Assembly (NCBI GenBank): GCA_028700905.1
Contig: JAQVRT010000046.1
Location: 1-5,419, forward strand
Direction: 5' to 3'
DNA: 5,419 nucleotides
Source: Candidatus Iainarchaeum sp.
GTDB taxonomy: Archaea > Iainarchaeota > Iainarchaeia > Iainarchaeales > CSSED10-239
Made by a program: the position numbers and the translations under genes. Of the stretch, positions 1 through 5,096 are shown one piece after another; position 1 is the stretch's first letter; the number at the start of each line of letters is the position of its first letter. The notes beneath the pieces are model-generated. The model made no database searches. It saw nothing but the letters and a program-made list of their open reading frames with translations, and was not told the origin of the DNA.

Positions 1-70
1 TAATATAATTAATATAACATTAGGTTTATAAACCCTTCGTATCATATATTATATACTTATAAAGTGTATA

Positions 71-1288
71 ATGAAGGTGTTAAATATGGAAAATCAAAGA
101 GAAGAGAAAGGAAAAATAATTGCAGAAACAAAAGCAATAACAAAAGTTAAAGGTGGATTTATTGTTCCTTCACAGACAAGTAATAAAACTTATTTCGTTA
201 CTGAACATTTGGACTCTTGCACTTGCGAAGATTGTAAAACAAGAAATGTTAAGTGTAAGCATACTTTTGCTGTTGAGTTTTATTTACAGAAGGTTACTAT
301 TATAGACAATAAAGAAATAACTATCCAAACAAAAAGATTAACATATCCACAAACTTGGAGTGCTTATAATAAATCACAAGAAACAGAAAAGGCACAATTC
401 TTAAAGCTATTAAATGATTTAATTGAAGTAAATGTGCCTAACCAAGAATATACTTTTGGAAGACCAAAGATTAATAATAAAGATATCTTATTCTCTTCTG
501 CATTAAAGGTATATACTCAATTCTCATTAAGGAGATTTATGTCTGATTTAAATGAAGCTAAAGAGAAGGGATATATTAATACTAAACCTTGTTTTGCTTC
601 TGTTGGACACTTTATTCAAAATGAAGAACTTACTGCACAATTAAAAGAATTAATACAAAAATCGGCTTCTGTTCTAAAAAGTGTAGAAACAGATTTTGCA
701 ATAGATAGTAGTGGGTTTAGAACTACAAAGTTTAATGATTATTGTAAAGATAAACACAATACTAAAAGACAACACGAATATCTTAAACTTCACGCAGTTG
801 TTGGAGTTAAAACAAATATTATCTGTGATTGTGAAGTAACCAAAGGAGAAGGAATAGGCACAGGAGATAGCCCTAAATTTATTCCATTGGTTAATAATTT
901 AGTAGCTAATGGTTATAACATTAAGGAAGTTAGTGCCGACAAAGCATATTCAAGCAGGGATAACCTTGCTTTAGTTAATAGTGTTGGTGGAACTGCATAT
1001 ATTCCTTACAAATCAAACACAAGTGCTAAATCAAGAGGGTGTGGTATTATTTGGAAAAAGATGTATCATTATTTCAATATGAACCAAGAAGAGTTTATGC
1101 AACACTATCATAAAAGGTCAAATGTGGAAACTACATTTTTCGCACTTAAAACTAAATTTAACGATTGCTTAAAATCTAAAACCCTAACTGCTCAAACTAA
1201 TGAATTATTATTGAAAGTTTTATGTTTTAATATTGTTCAAGTAATTCACGAAACCAACGAATTAGGAATAAATTTTGAATATGTGTAA
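71..1288 (+). CDS. IS4/IS5-family DDE transposase with an N-terminal SWIM-type zinc finger
   Basis: The SWIM CxCxnCxH motif is C50-T-C52...C62-K-H64 (nt 218-262). The DDE candidates are D212 in FAIDSSGF (nt 704-706), D290 in VSADKAYSS (nt 938-940) and E353 in KRSNVETTFFALK (nt 1127-1129). The exact IS4-type signature Y346-x2-R349-x3-E353-x6-K360 is present. An alternative start at ATG 86-88 is preceded by the SD-like AGGTG at 75-79 with a 6-nt spacer, so the true start may be 86. Confidence 0.85.
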   Translation: MKVLNMENQREEKGKIIAETKAITKVKGGFIVPSQTSNKTYFVTEHLDSCTCEDCKTRNVKCKHTFAVEFYLQKVTIIDNKEITIQTKRLTYPQTWSAYNKSQETEKAQFLKLLNDLIEVNVPNQEYTFGRPKINNKDILFSSALKVYTQFSLRRFMSDLNEAKEKGYINTKPCFASVGHFIQNEELTAQLKELIQKSASVLKSVETDFAIDSSGFRTTKFNDYCKDKHNTKRQHEYLKLHAVVGVKTNIICDCEVTKGEGIGTGDSPKFIPLVNNLVANGYNIKEVSADKAYSSRDNLALVNSVGGTAYIPYKSNTSAKSRGCGIIWKKMYHYFNMNQEEFMQHYHKRSNVETTFFALKTKFNDCLKSKTLTAQTNELLLKVLCFNIVQVIHETNELGINFEYV

Positions 1289-1339
1289 GAAGTAAGCATT
1301 CTGTGTAAGAAGTCATTAATTTTTAAGACATTTTACACA
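1282..1339. repeat. Three copies of a 12-bp motif TGTGTAA(G/A)A(A/T)GT: two direct and one inverted. The inverted pair can form a stem-loop.
   Basis: Exact 12-mers lie at 1282-1293 and 1302-1313, 20 bp apart. The reverse complement of 1328-1339 is TGTGTAAAATGT, a 10/12 match. Copies 2 and 3 can pair as a 12-bp stem (11/12 if a G:U pair is allowed) around a 14-nt loop, 1314-1327, that contains a T5 run at 1320-1324. Confidence 0.6.
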
Positions 1340-2717
1340 AAGCTGCTTGACCACAAAGCATAGACTCAATTAAATATTTTGATTCCTCTCTACTTCTAAT
1401 CTCTCCAATAACAACTCTATCAGGCCTCATTCTTAAAGTATTTATAACTAAACTTTCAAGATTAATTCCAATCTCAGGATTTACAAGTGTAAAAACTTTA
1501 TGTTTATGAGGAATATTTATCTCTCTTACTTCTTCAACAACAACAAATCTTTCATCTAAAGGAACAAAAGAGAGTAAAGTGTTTAAAGTGGTTGTTTTTC
1601 CAGAACCAGTATTTCCTACAACTATAATATTTGAATCTGTTAAAAAACAAAGACTTAAGAAAACTAAAGCTTCTTTTGAAACTGTATTAAAAGAAATTAA
1701 GTCTTTAATTGTAAATGGTTTTTGAGAAAATTTTCTAATAGTAAGACAAGCACTTTCAGTTATTGGATTTATAACTGCATTAAGTCTTGAATTATCTTTA
1801 AGATAAGTATCAAGAATAGGATTTTTTAAAGTAATATATTTATTTGAGTGCCAAGAAAGTTTATTAATTAAATCCCTTATAACTTGTGAAGAAGAATAAG
1901 AAAGATTACTTTCAAGCCAACCATAATATTTATGATAAACATATAATGGTTTTCCTTCTCCAATAATTACAATTTCTTCAAGATAAGGATCTTTTAATAT
2001 TTCAGTTAATGGTCCATAGTTATAAAGATTATTAAAAGAAATATCAATAATATAATTAAACTGATCTTCTTCAAGCTCTATATTATTAACATAACAATAA
2101 TCAATTAATTCTTTTTCAATATCTTCTTTTATTCTTTCAGTTGAAACTTTTTCAATGTATTCAGTTCTAGTTTTATATGAATCTAAAATAAAATTAATAA
2201 CTTCAATTTCTTGAATTGAAAGATTTTGATGAAAAATTAAATATCTTTTAGAAGAATCTTTCATTTCAAATACATTTTTTGAAATGTTTCTTAGGATTTC
2301 TTTTTTTAAATCTACAACAATATATCCTAAATATCTATTAAGAATATATTTCTTTTCATCATCAGTAAACTCATCCATTATCTTTAATAAAGCAGGATTG
2401 TTTTTATAACAAAACATAGAAAAAGAACTTAAAGCACATAAATCACATTTATAAGCTTTATTTTTTCTTAAGATAATTGCATTATGTGGACAAGCTTTAA
2501 GACATTCTCCACATCCATCACATTTATCTGTATCAATTGCTATAACACCTTTAGAAACATAATAAATAGCATTTTTTTTACAAGCTTTAATACAAGGAGC
2601 ATCTTTACAATTGGTACAATTGAATACACAAGAAGAGTCTTTTTTTGTAAAATTGTAAGGACAATTTAGAAAAACATCTGTATCTTTGATAAAATCTTCT
2701 GTTTTCTTAAGATACAT
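1323..2717 (-). CDS. Type II/IV secretion-family ATPase (archaeal FlaI/ArlI/PilB-like) with an N-terminal 4Fe-4S ferredoxin-like domain. It appears to be truncated at the C-terminus.
   Basis: Walker A is VGNTGSGKTTTLN (nt about 1590-1616). The Asp box is ERFVVVEEVREI. Walker B is RPDRVVIGEIRSRE (nt about 1395-1427). A FlaI-like N-domain is recognisable from YGPLTEILKDPYLEEIVI, PLYVYHKYYGW and CLTIRKF. The N-terminal Cys motifs are CTNCKDAPCIKAC and CDGCGECLKACP. The ORF ends 23 residues after the GEIR of Walker B (SREESKYLIESMLCGQAALCKMS*), whereas canonical family members continue through a TGH...HA His box plus roughly 80-110 further residues. Confidence 0.85.
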   Translation of the reverse strand: MYLKKTEDFIKDTDVFLNCPYNFTKKDSSCVFNCTNCKDAPCIKACKKNAIYYVSKGVIAIDTDKCDGCGECLKACPHNAIILRKNKAYKCDLCALSSFSMFCYKNNPALLKIMDEFTDDEKKYILNRYLGYIVVDLKKEILRNISKNVFEMKDSSKRYLIFHQNLSIQEIEVINFILDSYKTRTEYIEKVSTERIKEDIEKELIDYCYVNNIELEEDQFNYIIDISFNNLYNYGPLTEILKDPYLEEIVIIGEGKPLYVYHKYYGWLESNLSYSSSQVIRDLINKLSWHSNKYITLKNPILDTYLKDNSRLNAVINPITESACLTIRKFSQKPFTIKDLISFNTVSKEALVFLSLCFLTDSNIIVVGNTGSGKTTTLNTLLSFVPLDERFVVVEEVREINIPHKHKVFTLVNPEIGINLESLVINTLRMRPDRVVIGEIRSREESKYLIESMLCGQAALCKMS

Positions 2718-2821
2718 CTATAATTTAATTATAGAATAAAAAGATTAATAAATAGATGCTAAAATCTAGAAAATTAGTTTTTTGAAAAGATATTTATATA
2801 TATCTATATTTAAATATAAGT
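2718..2821. promoter_or_regulatory. Divergent intergenic promoter region between the ATPase gene (minus strand) and the prs-like gene (plus strand)
   Basis: This is a 104-bp AT-rich spacer between divergent start codons. TTTATATA at 2793-2800 is centred about 26 nt upstream of the ATG at 2822 and is preceded by the purine-rich GAAAAGA, which is BRE-like. Neither gene has an SD-like motif, which fits archaeal leaderless transcripts. An 8-1-8 perfect palindrome, CTATAATT-T-AATTATAG (2718-2734), abuts the ATPase start codon. TATA-like strings are common in DNA this AT-rich, so the specific boxes are tentative. Confidence 0.4.
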
Positions 2822-3742
2822 ATGGAAGATGAATATATTATAATTTCAACAAACAAAGAAAAAGCTCAAGCAACAACAATTGCAAATAAACTAAATCTTA
2901 CACTTGGAGATATAAATATAAAACAAGTTCAAGGTTCAGAAACAAGTGTTGATGTTAAAAGTTATGTAAATTATAAAAAAGTATTCTTAATATATAATAT
3001 ATCTCAACCAGTAAATGAATCAATAATGCAACTTTTATTTATTGCTGATGCCATTAGAAAAGAAGGTGCTGAAAAAATATATTTAATAACTTCTTATCTT
3101 CCTTACACTAAAATAAAATATAGAACAGAATATAAACTAAATTTTAGTTTATTTTCAAGACTTTTACAAGAAACAAATATTGATAAGATATATACTTTTG
3201 GTCTTTATTCTCCAAAAATAAGTTTTTATCTTAAGATTCCTCTTTATAATATTCCTTTAATTAATCTTTTTTCAAAAGTTATTGAAGATAATTTTACAAA
3301 AAATAAAAATCTAATGATAACTACAATAGATTATGAAATGCAAGAAACTTCAAAAGATATTGCAAAAAAAACAAAATCAGAAGTAATATTTCCAACAAAA
3401 GACATAATTAATAATAAAATTAAATTTAATATATCAGGAAATGTTAATGGTAAAGATATTTTAATAATATCAGATTCAATATTTACTGGAGAAAACATTA
3501 TTGAATATTCAAACTATTTAACACTTAAGGGTGCAAAAAACATTTCAGTTATAGCAACACATGGTATTTTAGATAAAAAAGCAATACCTTTAATTGAAAA
3601 ATCTGTGATTAAACAAATATATGTAATTAATCATAATTATCAAAAATCTGAGAAAATAAAAATTGTCTCAACAACTAAAATAATTGAAGAAATTATAAAA
3701 AGAACAGTAGATAAAAAGAACCTTAAAAACATATTAAAATGA
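2822..3742 (+). CDS. prs: Ribose-phosphate pyrophosphokinase (PRPP synthetase) family protein, highly divergent and possibly non-catalytic
   Basis: The protein is collinear with Prs over its full length. Compare TTIANKLNLTLGD with AxxIAxxLGxxLG, QGSETSV with FSDGE, NESIMQLLFIADAIRKEGAEKIYLITSYLPY with NDxLMELLxxxDALrRASAxxItxViPYxxY, KDILIISDSIFTGEN with the PRPP loop VDDxIDTGGT, and VIATHGIL with CTHPVLS. The length of 306 aa is typical for the family. Several catalytic signatures are replaced; see findings. Confidence 0.75.
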   Translation: MEDEYIIISTNKEKAQATTIANKLNLTLGDINIKQVQGSETSVDVKSYVNYKKVFLIYNISQPVNESIMQLLFIADAIRKEGAEKIYLITSYLPYTKIKYRTEYKLNFSLFSRLLQETNIDKIYTFGLYSPKISFYLKIPLYNIPLINLFSKVIEDNFTKNKNLMITTIDYEMQETSKDIAKKTKSEVIFPTKDIINNKIKFNISGNVNGKDILIISDSIFTGENIIEYSNYLTLKGAKNISVIATHGILDKKAIPLIEKSVIKQIYVINHNYQKSEKIKIVSTTKIIEEIIKRTVDKKNLKNILK

Positions 3743-3813
3743 TTTAAATATCTTTCTATACTATATAATATATACTTGTTTTTGTAAACAATAATTAAAG
3801 GTTGTGATGAAAA
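3743..3813 (+). promoter_or_regulatory. Candidate promoter and RBS region for the PPC-domain gene
   Basis: A TATA-like TATATAATATATA lies at 3762-3774. An SD-like GTGAT lies at 3804-3808, 5 nt upstream of the ATG at 3814, and is complementary to the conserved 16S 3' end ...AUCAC.... A T5 run at 3779-3783 could alternatively terminate the upstream prs-like transcript. Confidence 0.3.
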
Positions 3814-4293
3814 ATGATAAAAAGTGGAATGAAAAACGAAAATGAAAATAATGATAATTACTTAACAATTATCCTTGATGATGGGGATGAAGTTGTTTAT
3901 TGTGTAGAATCTGCTTTTAAAGAAAACTCTATCAAGAAAGCTATATTAGTTTCTGCAGATGGAAAACTTAGAGATTCAAAAATGGCAATCTCAAGAGCAG
4001 GAAACTTAAGACAAAGAATATATTCAGAACCTTTAAAGATTAAACAAGTATCAGGAGAATTTAACAAAATAAATGATGATTATTTTGGAGATGTTAATAT
4101 TTCTCTTGAAAAAGATCCTATCCATACTGTAAGTGGAGCTTTACTTAAAGGAATTGCAGATGGAGAAGTAACAATTAGGTTTAAAATAATTAAAGATCTT
4201 GATTATCAACCAAATAATACAAAAACAATGGTTAAAGAAAAAATAATACAAGAAACTGTTAAAAAAGAACCTAAGCCTATGATTATAGCTTAG
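3814..4293 (+). CDS. PPC (DUF296)-like domain protein, a putative DNA-binding protein, with a Lys/Glu-rich C-terminal tail
   Basis: The pattern matches the PPC/DUF296 consensus. LTIILDDGDEVVYCVESAFKENSIKKAILVSADGKL corresponds to vlrlepGedlvesl.afa.e.gi.ag.v.g.iGal. LKIKQVSGEF corresponds to fEilsLsGti. DVNISLEKDPIHTVSGALLKG corresponds to HlHvsl...g.v.GGhl. GEVTIRFKI corresponds to the terminal strand. This was recognised by eye only. Confidence 0.5.
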   Translation: MIKSGMKNENENNDNYLTIILDDGDEVVYCVESAFKENSIKKAILVSADGKLRDSKMAISRAGNLRQRIYSEPLKIKQVSGEFNKINDDYFGDVNISLEKDPIHTVSGALLKGIADGEVTIRFKIIKDLDYQPNNTKTMVKEKIIQETVKKEPKPMIIA

Positions 4294-5057
4294 TTTTTTT
4301 CTAATTTTTTATATATTTTATTTATTATTTTTCTCACACTTCTTTTTAATTTATTTTTAAAATTTAGATTCTTTTTACAATATTTATAAGAATATATAAT
4401 AAAAAGTAAAAAAACAATTATGAAAAAATAAACTAAAGTATAATCTTTTTTTTCTTCTTTATAGACTACAATTTTTTCTAACCTGAAAGGTAAATAACTT
4501 TGAGAAAAATCATCTGTTAGATAACTAAAGTTTCTATCAATTAAATAAAAATTATTTAAAGATTCTGAAAAAACACTATTTGTTTTAATAATGTTTTTTG
4601 GAAAATCATAATAAACATTTAAATCTTTTAAAGAATAGGTTACAAATAAATAATCTTTATTTTCTTCTTTAGAAATTACCCTTAAATGAGTTTCTTTTTT
4701 TAAAATATTTGAAGAATCATAAATTTGAGTATAACCAGAAATATTTAAATCTTTTTTCAAATTAATTTCTTTTTCATAAATTATTTCAAGCTTTGGAAGA
4801 GAGTTATATTCTTTTAATATCTGCTCATATCTTATAAAATCATTAGAATCTGTTATTGAAAAATCAATAATTGGAAAATCTAAAAGATATTGATCAAATT
4901 CATTTTTTAAAAGATTATAATCTTTTTCTAAAAGATAAAGATTAGTTTCAAGATCATTTGCAGTAACTAAAGGAATAAAAAATAAGATGAAGATAAATAA
5001 TAGAATAAGAAAGTATGATTGTTTAAATAAAGAATTTAAAAAATCTTTATCATTCAT
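4290..5057 (-). CDS. Hypothetical bitopic membrane or surface protein: N-terminal signal or anchor helix, an ectodomain of about 170 aa, a C-terminal TM helix and a basic cytoplasmic tail
   Basis: The N-terminal hydrophobic stretch YFLILLFIFILFFIPLVTA covers aa 15-33 (nt about 4959-5015). The C-terminal hydrophobic stretch YTLVYFFIIVFLLFIIYSY is followed by a 29-aa Lys/Arg-rich tail, CKKNLNFKNKLKRSVRKIINKIYKKLEKN. It is a long uninterrupted ORF in stop-codon-rich AT DNA. I recognise no family motif. Confidence 0.6.
   Translation of the reverse strand: MNDKDFLNSLFKQSYFLILLFIFILFFIPLVTANDLETNLYLLEKDYNLLKNEFDQYLLDFPIIDFSITDSNDFIRYEQILKEYNSLPKLEIIYEKEINLKKDLNISGYTQIYDSSNILKKETHLRVISKEENKDYLFVTYSLKDLNVYYDFPKNIIKTNSVFSESLNNFYLIDRNFSYLTDDFSQSYLPFRLEKIVVYKEEKKDYTLVYFFIIVFLLFIIYSYKYCKKNLNFKNKLKRSVRKIINKIYKKLEKN
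4294..4310 (+). terminator. Oligo-T tract (T7, then T6) immediately after the stop codon of the PPC-domain gene; a candidate archaeal-type terminator
   Basis: T7 at 4294-4300 and T6 at 4305-4310 directly follow the TAG at 4291-4293. Archaeal RNA polymerase terminates at oligo-T runs. The same bases encode the Lys-rich tail of the convergent gene on the other strand, so the T runs may simply reflect that coding content. Confidence 0.35.
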
Positions 5058-5096
5058 TATAAAAATATTAATTATTAGAAAACTATTTAATTATTA

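Larger units (their letters stand above)
1..1339 (+). mobile_element. Insertion sequence of the IS4/IS5 (DDE_Tnp_1, YREK) type. The right end is inferred at about 1339. The left end is unresolved and may lie upstream of the window.
   Basis: It contains an intact DDE transposase ORF (71..1288). A 12-bp motif TGTGTAAGAAGT occurs at 1282-1293 and 1302-1313, with an inverted 10/12 copy at 1328-1339, which marks a structured element end. Sampled G+C is visibly higher than in the neighbouring genes. No convincing terminal inverted repeat or target-site duplication could be identified by eye, so the boundaries are tentative. Confidence 0.45.

Noticed and set aside
1-17. A tandem-like TAATATAA / TTAATATAA repeat at the extreme left edge
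   Set aside because: This is low-complexity A/T sequence, too short to separate from background, and it is cut by the window edge.
64-73. A candidate terminal inverted repeat: GTGTATAATG (64-73) against the reverse complement of 1329-1338 (GTGTAAAATG), a 9/10 match. It would define a compact 1275-bp IS spanning 64-1338.
   Set aside because: A 10-mer with one mismatch is expected by chance about once or more when two AT-rich segments of 60-70 nt are compared. The repeat would overlap the annotated ATG at 71. No target-site duplication is visible, and the missing ATPase 3' end is not found left of 64. I kept it only as a weak alternative boundary.
2484-2669. A 61-aa ORF on the + strand, antisense to the Fe-S domain region of the ATPase gene
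   Set aside because: It lies entirely within a much longer, motif-rich ORF on the opposite strand. Its product is low-complexity (Phe/Ile/Thr/Asn-rich) with no start context. It is the typical shadow ORF produced by the complement of a biased coding frame.
2808-2817. A shared 10-mer ATTTAAATAT in two promoter regions (2808-2817 and 3742-3751), considered as a possible common regulatory box
   Set aside because: It is a pure A/T 10-mer in intergenic DNA that is nearly 100% A/T, so chance recurrence is likely. The flanking sequence and the spacing to the start codons differ (5 nt against 63 nt).
4959-5057. The possibility that the N-terminus of the membrane protein is a class III (type IV prepilin/archaellin-like) signal peptide, which would link it to the nearby pilus-type ATPase
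   Set aside because: There is no short basic leader ending in the G/A cleavage-site context immediately before the hydrophobic helix; the sequence is ...LFKQS-YFLIL.... A second C-terminal TM helix and a basic tail are atypical for pilins. The gene is also about 1.6 kb and two genes away from the ATPase.
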